Below are positions 18,820-28,552 of a stretch of 64,000 bases of DNA, piece by piece. Source of the DNA: Verrucomicrobiia bacterium (GTDB lineage Bacteria; Verrucomicrobiota; Verrucomicrobiia; Limisphaerales; UBA8199). The notes beneath the pieces were generated by a model. It was not told the origin of the DNA. It worked only from the letters and a program-made list of their open reading frames with translations, and ran no database searches. How positions within the stretch are numbered: the stretch's first letter is position 1; each line of letters begins with the position of its first letter. A program made the translations under genes and the position numbers. The stretch is from assembly GCA_035651635.1 (NCBI GenBank), contig DASRFK010000179.1:41686-105685 (forward strand). Reading direction: 5' to 3'.

Positions 18820-19416
18820 GCGCAACAGGTCTTCGGCGGACCAGCCATTCTTCTGCGCCTGGGCCGCTAATGAGAAAAGTTGGCGGCCAAGTTCGCGGCG
18901 GTTCAGCGTTTTCCGCGGCGGTGCCACGTTATCGAGCTTCGCTCGCCGCGCTTTTTTGAGGAGCTTTTCGGCGCGCAACAGAGCCGGCAGATGTTTGGGC
19001 ACGCCGTCCAGGGCGGAGGCGCGGGCGTGGCGTGTGCCGTGTTTCTCCGCGCGCTTGATCTTTTCCCAATTGGCCCAAACCTGGTCGACGTCTTTGACTT
19101 TGACGTCCCCAAAAACGTGAGGATGGCGGCGGATGAGCTTTTGCGCAATGCGCCGGGCGACCTTTTCGAAATCGAACGCGCCGCGTTCCTTCGCCAATTG
19201 GCAATGAAAGACGACCTGCAACAACAGGTCGCCGAGTTCTTCTTCCAGCTCGTGGTCATCGTCGGATTCGATGGCATCCATCAACTCGTAGGCTTCCTCA
19301 ACGGCATGCCAGCGCAAGGATCGATGATCCTGCTCGCGGTCCCAGGGACACCCCTTGGGGCTGCGCAGTTTGGCCATAATCCTGATCAGTTCATCGATCG
19401 CTGCTTTTCTTCTCAT
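18739..19416 (-). CDS. mazG: Nucleoside triphosphate pyrophosphohydrolase MazG
   Basis: 225 aa with the MazG EExxE/ELGDLL motifs (EEAYELMDAIE...ELEEELGDLLLQVVFH) and a Lys/Arg-rich C-terminal tail. Confidence 0.85.
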   Translation of the reverse strand: MRRKAAIDELIRIMAKLRSPKGCPWDREQDHRSLRWHAVEEAYELMDAIESDDDHELEEELGDLLLQVVFHCQLAKERGAFDFEKVARRIAQKLIRRHPHVFGDVKVKDVDQVWANWEKIKRAEKHGTRHARASALDGVPKHLPALLRAEKLLKKARRAKLDNVAPPRKTLNRRELGRQLFSLAAQAQKNGWSAEDLLRSETQRHERAWRKREKVAAKERKERKR

Positions 19417-19714
19417 GCAATTGTTTAAGAGCGTGTTTTAGTCCCGTCTTCAGCCGTAACGATGCAGTTCAACCACGGATGGACACGGATGAACACTGAT
19501 AAAATGAGCGGATTGCCATCAACTTGGCTGCCTGAGCTCGCATCACCTTTAGGTGAACGGAGCAGCCTTGCCCGAGATAGCTTCTGCCCCTCTCTGATCC
19601 GTGCGAATCGGTGTTCATCGGTGGTTTTTAGCTGCATGGTTTGGGCTTTAGGTGGCCCGGCGCCGAAACCGCCTGAAGGCGGGATTCCAAACCCCCAGGC
19701 GCAATCGAAACCGA

Positions 19715-20806
19715 TTAAAGTATCACCAGGTCATCGCGGTGTACCACTTCCACCCGCTTCAAAGCGCCGGCCCGAATCTCGCTCGAGCCAAAGCCGGCGA
19801 TCCCGCGGGCAAATTCCATTCCATCGGCATCGCAAATTCGGACCACTTCGCCGGCGTTGAACTCGCCGTCACAGCGAGCAATGCCTGGGGGCAAGAGGCT
19901 CTTGCCATTTTCGCGCAAGGCTTTTCGGGCGCCGGGATCCACGAAGAGCGTGCCTTTTGGGTGATGAAAAAAAGCGATCCACCGTTTCCGGCTCTGCATC
20001 CGGCTGGTTTGGGGCACGAACAAGGTGCCTTCGTCCTGCCCGGCCAGCACGCGAGCCAATGCGTCCTTTTTTTTGCCCGACGCAATGACCAGAGGAATGC
20101 CCGAGCGCACCACAATTTTGGCGGCCTGGATCTTGGAAGCCATGCCGCCGACGGCCGTGGCGCTGTCGGTGCCGCCGGCGATTTTTTCGAGGGCACCGTC
20201 GATCCGGTCGACCAACGGGATGGTTTTGGAATCAACCTTGCCAAAATTTTGCAAAACGCCGTCGACGGTGGTCAGGATCACCAATAGATCCGCCGGCAAT
20301 AACGAAGCGACCAGGGCGGAGAGCTTGTCGTTGTCACCGAATTGCAGTTCGGTCGACGAGACGACATCGTTTTCATTAATAATCGGCACGATGCCATGTC
20401 GCAAAAGTGTGACCAGGGTGTTGCGGGCATTCAGGTGGCGTTCGTGGTGCTCGAGATCGTCGTGAGTCAGGAGGATCTGGGCTACCGACAAACCAAAAGC
20501 GCTGAACAGCTCCTCGTAGCTGGCCATTAACCGTGATTGGCCGATGGCCGCGCAAGCCTGCAGCTCGGCCAATTCGGCAGGCCTGCGGGTGTGGCCCAAA
20601 ACGCCCATGCCGGCCCCCACTGCGCCGGAAGAAACCAGTAGCATTTCCTTGCCAGCCTGGCGCTGCTGGGCGATTTGCTCGACCAGCTGTTTCATCTGGT
20701 TTACGTCGGGGCGTTTCTGGGCGTCAGTCAGAACACCAGTGCCGAGCTTGACGACGATGCGGGCGGCGTTTTTGAGCAGTTTAGAACGCACAGGGTTTGG
20801 TAACAA
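19715..20806 (-). CDS. proB: Glutamate 5-kinase (with C-terminal PUA domain)
   Basis: 363 aa. Amino-acid kinase fold (VVKLGTGVLT...SSGAVGAGM) plus a C-terminal PUA segment. Confidence 0.9.
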   Translation of the reverse strand: MLPNPVRSKLLKNAARIVVKLGTGVLTDAQKRPDVNQMKQLVEQIAQQRQAGKEMLLVSSGAVGAGMGVLGHTRRPAELAELQACAAIGQSRLMASYEELFSAFGLSVAQILLTHDDLEHHERHLNARNTLVTLLRHGIVPIINENDVVSSTELQFGDNDKLSALVASLLPADLLVILTTVDGVLQNFGKVDSKTIPLVDRIDGALEKIAGGTDSATAVGGMASKIQAAKIVVRSGIPLVIASGKKKDALARVLAGQDEGTLFVPQTSRMQSRKRWIAFFHHPKGTLFVDPGARKALRENGKSLLPPGIARCDGEFNAGEVVRICDADGMEFARGIAGFGSSEIRAGALKRVEVVHRDDLVIL

Positions 20807-20843
20807 ACCCGCCGAGAAGTGTCGAGGCGTCGTTGGCCAAATC

Positions 20844-20902
20844 GGTTATCAGGTTGTCAGGTTATCAGGTTGTCAGGTTATCAGGTTATCAGGTAGTCAA
20901 GG
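20844..20902. repeat. Tandem array of 7 octamer units (TRTCAGGT / GGTTATCA register) in the divergent proB / phosphoesterase promoter region
   Basis: ggttatcaggttgtcaggttatcaggttgtcaggttatcaggttatcaggtagtcaagg. The largest array of the GTTATCAN family in the window. Confidence 0.65.
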
Positions 20903-21347
20903 AGGCGGCAGGAGATGTTCCAATGATGTCACCCAAAAGTCACTGCTTCGGAGTGAGCATCTATGAGGGTACGGCGTCTAAGTTGACGGGATGAAACATA
21001 ATCCGATGCGAACGATAGCCCTGACGTATCCGGGCTTCCACGCCCTGCCGTCCGGGGTGAAGCGCCTGCTTGTGCTTTCAGAGAGCTTCTTTTTTGAAGA
21101 GGAAGGGGGCCGGCCGGGAATTGCGCGCGAACCGCAAAGGAACTGCGCCGCGAAGGCCTGTGCGAACCAGGCGGTCGCCCACCCTTTTCGAACCCGGAAT
21201 GGCTCAACTAATGACGCGGCACCGCGCGGTTGAACCTCGCGATTGTTCCGGTTAGCCTTCTCATGTTCCCGACGTATTGGTCTCAGGAAATCCGAAGGCA
21301 AATAAATCCGCTAACCGGAAGCCGGATGCGCGGAACGCGACCCGATC

Positions 21348-24077
21348 ATGCTGAATATAAAACTTAACGAACTGGCGAAAACCGCAGTTTGTATCGGCCT
21401 GGGCTTTGTTTCGTTTGCGGCATTGCCTCAAGCGACCCATGATTCATTGGACTGGTCGGAAAATGTCGGCCGGAGCCGCGCGGAGCGAGTGGTGTTACCG
21501 GTTAACCAGGTGATTACACCCGTCGGCAAACAAATCGAGCTGCACGGGCTGCGTCCGCAAGTGCTCGCGTTGAGTCCCGACAAACGAATCCTGGTCACCT
21601 CGGGTAAAACGCGTGATCTGGTTGTGATCGACACGGAAACGGAGACGATAGTGCAGAAGGTCGCGCTGCCCACAAATGGTCCATTGCAGTCGTTGCCGCA
21701 AGAGGGTACCGGCCACATTCTCAAGCCGGATAAGGACGAACAAGCCAGTTACACAGGGCTGGCTTTCTCCCCGGACGGTGCGCGTCTGTATCTGTCGAAT
21801 GTGAAAGGGAGCATCAAGGTGTTTGCGGTGGGAGCGGATCATCGAGTCCAAGGTCTCGGGTCAATTTCATTGCCGGAGGCCAATGCGCCTCTGCGGAAGG
21901 AGGAGATTCCCTCAGGCTTGGCGATTTCGGCAGATGGCAGGCGTCTTTATGTCGTCGGGAGCCTGTCCAACCGGCTGTTGGAGTTTGAGTTGCCGGCAGG
22001 GAAACTGGCCCGCACGTTTGAGGTCGGCGCGGTGCCTTATACCGTGGCGCTGGCGGGGCGCAAAGCGTACGTGAGCAACTGGGCCGGGCGCCGCCCGGAT
22101 GCGACCAGCCTGACGGGCGCGGCTGGCCGGGGCACGGTTGTGCGGACCGATTCGCGGGGAGTGGCCAGCGAAGGCTCGGTTTCGGTGATCGACCTGGAGA
22201 CCGGCAAGCAGGTCGCCGAAATCATGACCGGCCTGCACGCCTGCGCATTGCAGGTGACTCCGGACGGCCGGTATGTCTGCGTCGCGAACGCGAACAGTGA
22301 CACAGTGAGTGTGATCTCCACCTCGACCGACCAGGTGGTCGAGACATTGCCCGTGAGCTGGCAGCCCCAGGATATTTTCGGCGCCTCACCCAATGCGCTG
22401 GCCATGGATAAGGCGGGCAGGACGCTCTACGTCTGTGACGGGACGCAAAACGCCGTGGCCGTGATTTCGTTTCATCCGGGCCGATCTCGATTTTTGGGGT
22501 TGCTGCCCCTCGGGCAACGGGGAGGTTCCAAGCTGGCCGGCCTGATTCCCACCGGTTGGTTTCCAGGGGCCATCGTGTTTGACCACGAACGCCGGAAACT
22601 GTATGTGGCAAACATAAAAGGCACACTACCCGACCCGAAATATGATCCGGCTCACCGTGGGTACAACTCGCACCAGCATCTGGGCACGGTTTCGGTCATC
22701 CCGTTGCCGGACAAAGTCGAGCTGGAACGCCAGACGAGGGTCGTGAATAAAAATTACCGGCGCGCTGTGGCTGAGAACGTGTTCCTGCCCGCCCGGCCCG
22801 GTCAACCGGCCCGGCCGGTGCCCGAGCGGATAGGGGAGCCCTCGGTTTTCAAACACGTCGTCTATTTGATCAAAGAGAATCGCACCTACGACCAGGTTCT
22901 CGGCGACATCAAAGAAGGCAACGGCGACCCGCGGTTGTGCGTCTTTGGTGAACGCGTCACCCCCAATCAGCACAAGCTGGTTCATGATTTTGTGCTGATG
23001 GACAACCTGTATTGCTGCGGCATCCTGAGCGCCGACGGTCATCAATGGGCCGACACCGCGCTGGCTACCGATTACATGGAAAAGTCGTTTGCCGATTTCC
23101 CGCGCAGCTACCCGGATCTTCAGGACCCGGACGATTTCGACGCGGTGGCCTATTCGCCGGGCGGATTCATCTGGGACAATGCCCTGAGCCACGGCAAAAC
23201 CTTCCGGGATTATGGTGAAGGCACCGTGGCGGTGAAGGCCTGGAAAGATCCCGGCCGCAAAGCGCCAGTCACCTTTCTGGATTCGTACCGCGATTTTATC
23301 AATCACACCGGTTTGATCACTTACAGCAACTACCCGGGTCTAAAATCGCTGGCGCCGTATATGATGACTAATACAGTGGGGTGGGAGATGGCGATTCCCG
23401 ACGTTTACCGCGCGGCTCAGTTCCTGAGCGAATTCAGGAAATTTGAGGCCAATGGCGACCTGCCCAACTTGATTGTCATGGATTTGCCCAATGATCATAC
23501 TTCCGGCACCGATCCGGGGCTGCCGACGCCGCCTGCCCAAGTGGCGGACAACGATTTGGCTTTTGGCCAAATTGTTGAGGCGATCAGCCACAGCCGGTAC
23601 TGGAAGGACACCTGCATTTTCGCGGTGGAGGACGATCCGCAATCGGGCTGGGACCACGTGAGCGGCTATCGCACGACGGCCTATGCGATCAGCGCCTACA
23701 CCAAGCGGCACGCGGTTGTGAGCCTGAACTACAACCAAACCAGCATCCTGCGAACGATGGAATTGATGCTGGGCCTTCCCCCAATGAACCTGTTCGACGC
23801 CACCGCCACGCCGATGACCGAGTGCTTCACGGAGCAGCCTGATTTCGCCCCATTCGCATGTCTCACCAACAATATTCCCCTGGACCAGATGAACCCAACC
23901 ATCTCAAGCATTCGGGACCCGCGACAAAGGCATGATGCAATCCTGTCCGCGCGGCTGCCCCTGCAAAAGCCGGACCAATGTCCCGAGCGCGTTCTCAACA
24001 AGATATTGTGGCATGCGCAAAGAGGCTTTCAGGAGCCTTACCCCGACTGGGCGATCACGGAAGCGGATAACGATTGA
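21348..24077 (+). CDS. Secreted fusion protein: N-terminal YVTN-type beta-propeller (lactonase-like repeats) + C-terminal Phosphoesterase-family domain (PF04185 phospholipase C / acid phosphatase AcpA type)
   Basis: Signal peptide followed by repeated YV(S/C)N-type blades. The C-terminal half carries the phosphoesterase family hallmark (VVYLIKENRTYDQVLGD...GHQWADT...DDPQSGWDHVSGYRT). Confidence 0.8.
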   Translation: MLNIKLNELAKTAVCIGLGFVSFAALPQATHDSLDWSENVGRSRAERVVLPVNQVITPVGKQIELHGLRPQVLALSPDKRILVTSGKTRDLVVIDTETETIVQKVALPTNGPLQSLPQEGTGHILKPDKDEQASYTGLAFSPDGARLYLSNVKGSIKVFAVGADHRVQGLGSISLPEANAPLRKEEIPSGLAISADGRRLYVVGSLSNRLLEFELPAGKLARTFEVGAVPYTVALAGRKAYVSNWAGRRPDATSLTGAAGRGTVVRTDSRGVASEGSVSVIDLETGKQVAEIMTGLHACALQVTPDGRYVCVANANSDTVSVISTSTDQVVETLPVSWQPQDIFGASPNALAMDKAGRTLYVCDGTQNAVAVISFHPGRSRFLGLLPLGQRGGSKLAGLIPTGWFPGAIVFDHERRKLYVANIKGTLPDPKYDPAHRGYNSHQHLGTVSVIPLPDKVELERQTRVVNKNYRRAVAENVFLPARPGQPARPVPERIGEPSVFKHVVYLIKENRTYDQVLGDIKEGNGDPRLCVFGERVTPNQHKLVHDFVLMDNLYCCGILSADGHQWADTALATDYMEKSFADFPRSYPDLQDPDDFDAVAYSPGGFIWDNALSHGKTFRDYGEGTVAVKAWKDPGRKAPVTFLDSYRDFINHTGLITYSNYPGLKSLAPYMMTNTVGWEMAIPDVYRAAQFLSEFRKFEANGDLPNLIVMDLPNDHTSGTDPGLPTPPAQVADNDLAFGQIVEAISHSRYWKDTCIFAVEDDPQSGWDHVSGYRTTAYAISAYTKRHAVVSLNYNQTSILRTMELMLGLPPMNLFDATATPMTECFTEQPDFAPFACLTNNIPLDQMNPTISSIRDPRQRHDAILSARLPLQKPDQCPERVLNKILWHAQRGFQEPYPDWAITEADND

Positions 24078-24123
24078 GCATCCAAATCGCTTGCAACCGC
24101 ACGTCGGTACTGCACCGTTTGGC

Positions 24124-25332
24124 ATGCTCGAACTTGAAGAAGCCGTCGGGCGCATTCTCTCGCGGGTGCCGCCAGCCGAGCCGGAGAGCGTCCCCCTGGC
24201 TCAGGCTCACGGGCGAGTGCTTCTCGAGGCGGTCAGGGCATCGATCGATTTGCCTCCCTTCGACAACTCCGCGATGGACGGCTATGCGGTTCGCTCGGAG
24301 GATACCGCAAACGCGCAGCCAGACAAACCGGCCCTCCTTCGGCTGACGGGCCGGGTGGCGGCGGGAGAGGCTTTCTCCCAGGAAGTCAGCGAAGGTTGCT
24401 GCGTTCGCATTTTCACGGGTTCGGCTCTGCCAGCCGGAGCCGATTGCGTGGTGATGCAGGAAGATACCCGCGTCGCCCCAGGCAACCCATCGGAGATTCT
24501 CGTCCTCGAAAAGGCCACGCCCTGGGAAAATGTGCGTTTGCGCGGCGAAGATGTTCGCGCAGGAACGGCCGTCGGTTTAGGTGGAAAGGTGTTGAACGCG
24601 GGGACGCTATCGGTCCTGGCCGCGGTTGGAGTGAGGGAGGTTAAAGTAGGGCGGCAACCGGCTGTGGGGCTGCTGGCCACCGGCTCCGAACTGCGGGAGC
24701 AGGGCAAAGGTTTGCGGGAGGGCCAGATTTACGAAAGCAACCGGGTCGGGTTGTCTGCGCTGATTAGGTGCGCCGGCGGACGTCCCGTGGTATTGCCGAT
24801 CGTGGCGGATCTCCTCGAGAGCACCACGCAGGCGCTGACGGAGGCGCTCGCGCGATGCGATATGGTCGTAACTGTCGGAGGAGCTTCGGTTGGAGACCTC
24901 GACCTGGTGAAGCCGGCGTTGGAAAGAGTTGGGGCCAGGCTTGATTTCTGGAAAGTGGCGATCAGACCAGGCCGCCCGTTCGTCTTTGGCCAGGCTGGCG
25001 AAAAGCTTTTGTTTGGTCTGCCGGGCAACCCTGTGTCGGCCCTGGTGACGTTTCTGCTCCTGGTGCGACCGGCGTTGCGGCGGTGGCAAGGCGCTGAGGC
25101 CACTGGTTTGCCTGGTTCTCACGGGATCCTGGCAGAACCATTGGTCAACACAGGCTCGCGGCGGCATTTCGTTCGCGTCCAAATGAGCGGAGACGGAAGG
25201 GTGTCTCGGGCCGGAGCGCAGGCTTCACATGTGCTGAGTTCGTTTGCGGCCGCGGGAGGCTTGGTGGACGTGCCGGCTGACGCAACGTTACCTGCCGGAA
25301 CACCGGTCAAAGTACTGTTCTGGGAAGTCTGA
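24124..25332 (+). CDS. moeA: Molybdopterin molybdotransferase MoeA
   Basis: MoeA N-domain (SIDLPPFDNSAMDGYAVRS) and central MoCF-binding domain. Start set at ATG 24124, since the longer ORF overlaps the upstream gene. Confidence 0.85.
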   Translation: MLELEEAVGRILSRVPPAEPESVPLAQAHGRVLLEAVRASIDLPPFDNSAMDGYAVRSEDTANAQPDKPALLRLTGRVAAGEAFSQEVSEGCCVRIFTGSALPAGADCVVMQEDTRVAPGNPSEILVLEKATPWENVRLRGEDVRAGTAVGLGGKVLNAGTLSVLAAVGVREVKVGRQPAVGLLATGSELREQGKGLREGQIYESNRVGLSALIRCAGGRPVVLPIVADLLESTTQALTEALARCDMVVTVGGASVGDLDLVKPALERVGARLDFWKVAIRPGRPFVFGQAGEKLLFGLPGNPVSALVTFLLLVRPALRRWQGAEATGLPGSHGILAEPLVNTGSRRHFVRVQMSGDGRVSRAGAQASHVLSSFAAAGGLVDVPADATLPAGTPVKVLFWEV

Positions 25333-25342
25333 CCAAGCGAGC

Positions 25343-26425
25343 TTAAAAGTGGCGGCGTGGGAAGTCGAAGTTCGGCGGCGTTGGCGGAGTGATCTTGGGC
25401 GGTTCGATCTTGGCAGGAGAATACAACGGATTCCATCGATTAAGCACGGCCGCATTGACATCCGGAAGGGTGGCGGGGCTGGCAATCGAGGTAACGGTTC
25501 CGGGGGTGGCGCTTTGCGTAAACTCGTGGCCCGATGAGGTGGGCAGCTGCTCGACGGATGGGCGGACCACGGCACGCGGCGTGCTGCCGGCTGGCAGCAA
25601 GGCATTCAGACCGGAATTAAGCTGCACCGCCGGGCCGGATCCATCGAGGACCTTTTTGAATTGGTCCATGAATGATTCCATCGAAGTTTTTGGGCCCCGC
25701 GCGTCGTCGGAGGCCGCATTGCTCTCTTTCAATCCAAAGAAGTTGTCGAAACTCGTTTTCGGCTTGGAACGGTTAAAAATGCTGTCCGGGTCCTCGTTGA
25801 CCAATTCGCGGAGCTTTTCAGCTTTATCACGCAAACCGGGCGGCAGCTTGGCATCGTCTCCAAACTCGTCCATCTTCGGCAAATCCGACCGTTTGTTCAG
25901 GTCGTTCGAACCGCTATTGTCGGAGGGTCGGTTCGGATTCTGGTGTCCGGTACCGGAACGGTTCAGATTATCATAAAACTGTTGCAGGGATGAGCTCTTG
26001 CCGCCGAGTTTCTCGTCGCCGTACAGGGAAAGCAAATCCAGGTCCTTGGAAGAACCAATGGGTCCGCCTAGTTCCTCCGCGGTCATGCCCCAATTTCTTT
26101 GACGGTCCAACAGTTCCATCAAGGTCTTGCGCGGAACTACCGTCGGATTGTTATAGGGCGCATTGAATCTCGTTTCGAGGTTCTTCGGAGTCAGGCTCCG
26201 AATCACCCGGAGTTGGTCTTCGAGTTGGTCGACCCCCTCTTTTCGGGCGGTGATCCGATTGAGATTGGTAAGGATCTCGCCACTATTGGTTTCGGAGAGT
26301 TCGATGAAACGCCGCGGCTTCTGCTGGCCTTGCGCCTGGACACGAGGGCCGGCCAAGCCCAGGCAAAGCAAAGCTGAGATGGCCGCACACACTCCAAACT
26401 TGGAAAATCCGAAACTCATTTCCAA
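25343..26425 (-). CDS. Secreted Ser/Pro/Asn/Asp-rich low-complexity protein of unknown function, last gene of the pseudopilin operon
   Basis: Signal peptide (MEMSFGFSKFGVCAAISALLCLGLAGPRVQAQ). No recognizable domain. Same strand as gspK, 60 bp downstream of it. Confidence 0.5.
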   Translation of the reverse strand: MEMSFGFSKFGVCAAISALLCLGLAGPRVQAQGQQKPRRFIELSETNSGEILTNLNRITARKEGVDQLEDQLRVIRSLTPKNLETRFNAPYNNPTVVPRKTLMELLDRQRNWGMTAEELGGPIGSSKDLDLLSLYGDEKLGGKSSSLQQFYDNLNRSGTGHQNPNRPSDNSGSNDLNKRSDLPKMDEFGDDAKLPPGLRDKAEKLRELVNEDPDSIFNRSKPKTSFDNFFGLKESNAASDDARGPKTSMESFMDQFKKVLDGSGPAVQLNSGLNALLPAGSTPRAVVRPSVEQLPTSSGHEFTQSATPGTVTSIASPATLPDVNAAVLNRWNPLYSPAKIEPPKITPPTPPNFDFPRRHF

Positions 26426-26486
26426 ACGATACCCTAAACGAACTGGAGCGAGGCGTAAAGTTAAAACTCGCCGGCGTTATAACGGA

Positions 26487-27626
26487 TCAGTTGGTCCAGT
26501 AAAAGCTGAGGATTTGTACGTCCCGCGGGTTATTGCGGCCGATGACGCCAACGAAGTGGCGGTGATATCCGGCCACCTGAGCATCAACGTGGACTTCGAA
26601 GGTGCTGCTGCGCACGCCGCAGAATTGTTGCAATGCTGCCAGCATGGGCAAACTGACTTCCGGAACGCGGCGGACCTCGCCGAGATTTCGATAAGGCCCG
26701 AACATGCCGCTGCCGTCATCCTCGCCTTGGCGGGCCGCAACGATGGCCTGAGCTACCTCGGGCGTAATGGAAGGGACCAACTGCAAAACTTCGGCCGAGG
26801 CGGTATTGATATTGATCATCCCGGTCGAAAGGGGCGTAAACAGGTTTGTTAACCCCACGGCGGGGGACGGGAGGCTGACGCCGGAGGAGCTGAACCGGCT
26901 AGTCAACGGATTATAAATTTTTTGTCCGACCTCAGGATTATCCCCAGCGGCGTAAAAATCGGCCGCGCCTTTGATCAGCAACAACTCGGAAATGTCATCA
27001 ATCGGGCCGTTCTTGGCGTAGTATGGCGGATTGAGCCCCTGGTAGAAATCGCTCTCGGCGCCCTGTATGCGAGGCGTCTCGTCGCGGTCGATCCAATCGA
27101 GAATGCAATTGATGACGGGAGTTATCTGGCCGGCATCGACCCCCATGACGAGGAGCGACTGTTGGAGGACGGCTTCGTTGGCGACGTTGATGTTGGCCTT
27201 GCTTTCGAGGTCGGTAATTTTCCAGGTGGCGCCGCCGTCCTGGATTTGAATTTCGTTTTTGAAATCGGCTAATGGGCTGTTGGAAGTGCCGGCGCCGCCC
27301 AGGCCACCGGCCCAGACTTGATTCATAGCGTCGTAGGGCTCCTGCGGGATCATGAGTTGTTGCGCCAATTCCCAGCGCGCGCTTTCAACCGCGGAGCGTC
27401 CAAGCCATTCGAGCTGGCTTTCGCTGTTGGCATTGCGCGCGAGTTTGGTCTCGACCTTCATCGAATAAGCGAAGCCGCCGGCCAGGATGGTTAGCACGAA
27501 GATCGAGATCATTACGATAATCAGCGCGATACCGGCCTGGGCTGAAGCAGCCATACCTCCTCGGCCGGTGCCACGGCGGTGCCCTGGCGGTGCAAACCCG
27601 TTTATCGAGTGAATAAGCGGTTTCAT
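26487..27626 (-). CDS. gspK: Type II secretion minor pseudopilin GspK-like protein
   Basis: N-terminal hydrophobic anchor (GIALIIVMISIFVLTILAGGFAYSM) followed by a GspK-like body (...KANINVANEAVLQQSLLVMG..., tandem helix-hairpin-helix region). ATGA start/stop overlap with the upstream gene. Confidence 0.7.
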   Translation of the reverse strand: MKPLIHSINGFAPPGHRRGTGRGGMAASAQAGIALIIVMISIFVLTILAGGFAYSMKVETKLARNANSESQLEWLGRSAVESARWELAQQLMIPQEPYDAMNQVWAGGLGGAGTSNSPLADFKNEIQIQDGGATWKITDLESKANINVANEAVLQQSLLVMGVDAGQITPVINCILDWIDRDETPRIQGAESDFYQGLNPPYYAKNGPIDDISELLLIKGAADFYAAGDNPEVGQKIYNPLTSRFSSSGVSLPSPAVGLTNLFTPLSTGMININTASAEVLQLVPSITPEVAQAIVAARQGEDDGSGMFGPYRNLGEVRRVPEVSLPMLAALQQFCGVRSSTFEVHVDAQVAGYHRHFVGVIGRNNPRDVQILSFYWTN

Positions 27627-28552
27627 CGAGGTCCGAACCCTCCCACGCTCGGCGGCAGCCCGGGTATGACGGGGCTATTTATAACTCCGGGCGAGCCTGG
27701 AGGCGTTCCAGGAATATTGGGATTAGCGGGATTGTTGCTGCCGGCTTGCTGACGGGGAGATTGCCACATGGGCGCCACCATCACCGAGGGCAAGCTCACG
27801 ATGCGGGTGACCGCCTGGCGCACCTGCGACGAGAATTTGTTGTCGGCCAGCGCCAGGCTAACCTTCACCAGCGTCGGTATCTGATTAGTGAACTTCCATT
27901 CGTCGGTCCAATCCTGCAAACGCGGATCCCAGAGCTCGGTCTTGAACTCTTTGACATTCTTGGCCAGCACCAGGGGGTAGTTCTGTTCGTCCTTGTCCAT
28001 ATCCATCAACAACGCGTTCTGGCGCAGGACTAACTGACGGCCGCCTTCGGGAGCCGATTCAAGGGAAAAGGTCACGCGCCGCACATCAAGTCCGGCGAAT
28101 TTGCCGCTGCGTGGAAAAGACGGCGATAAACGGCTGACGAAGCTCAGCATGGCTTCATTACCGTTTTCGACAACGAACGCGTAGTACTTTTGGTTCAAGG
28201 CAAAGGATTGCACCGAGCCGAGAGTCTCTTCGATGGTCCGGCCGGTGATTCTCGCGCGTTGAACGGCGGCGGCGGCATCCCCCCCCACCTTCCTTGCCCG
28301 CAAAATCGCCGTCCAGGTCGAGTAGATCGCCGCCAGAACCATCGAGAAAATGCCGATGGCGATCAGGATCTCGACAAGTGTGAAGGCGCGGACGGATCTG
28401 ACTGCCGGTTGCAGATTGCCGGTTGCAGGTTGCCGGTTATCAAGAACCGCACGTTTGTCTGCTGGGGAGTCCACTTGGAACTTGCCACTTGGAACTTGCA
28501 ACCTGCAACCGGGAAGGCGGCCGTCTCTAATAATTTTACGGGAGCACTTCAT
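27623..28552 (-). CDS. GspJ-like pseudopilin (prepilin-type N-terminal motif RA|FTLVEILIAIGIF) with 56-aa N-terminal extension
   Basis: Prepilin methylation-type hydrophobic segment. ATGA overlaps with both neighbours. Confidence 0.65.
   Translation of the reverse strand: MKCSRKIIRDGRLPGCRLQVPSGKFQVDSPADKRAVLDNRQPATGNLQPAVRSVRAFTLVEILIAIGIFSMVLAAIYSTWTAILRARKVGGDAAAAVQRARITGRTIEETLGSVQSFALNQKYYAFVVENGNEAMLSFVSRLSPSFPRSGKFAGLDVRRVTFSLESAPEGGRQLVLRQNALLMDMDKDEQNYPLVLAKNVKEFKTELWDPRLQDWTDEWKFTNQIPTLVKVSLALADNKFSSQVRQAVTRIVSLPSVMVAPMWQSPRQQAGSNNPANPNIPGTPPGSPGVINSPVIPGLPPSVGGFGPR
28402..28512. repeat. Repeat cluster in the 5' region of the gspJ-like gene: three tandem 14-mers (GCCGGTTGCAGRTT) then two tandem 14-mers (CACTTGGAACTTGC) followed by an inverted copy (AACCTGCAACCGG)
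   Basis: Seen directly. Corrected coordinates: 28402-28444 and 28472-28512. Confidence 0.6.

Noticed and set aside
20844-20902. Considered whether the octamer tandem arrays are a CRISPR array
   Set aside because: Units are 8 bp with no interspersed unique spacers and no cas genes nearby, so these are microsatellite-like tandem repeats, not CRISPR.
22626-23306. 226-aa minus-strand ORF inside the phosphoesterase gene
   Set aside because: Antisense overlap with a conserved-domain-bearing CDS. No independent support.
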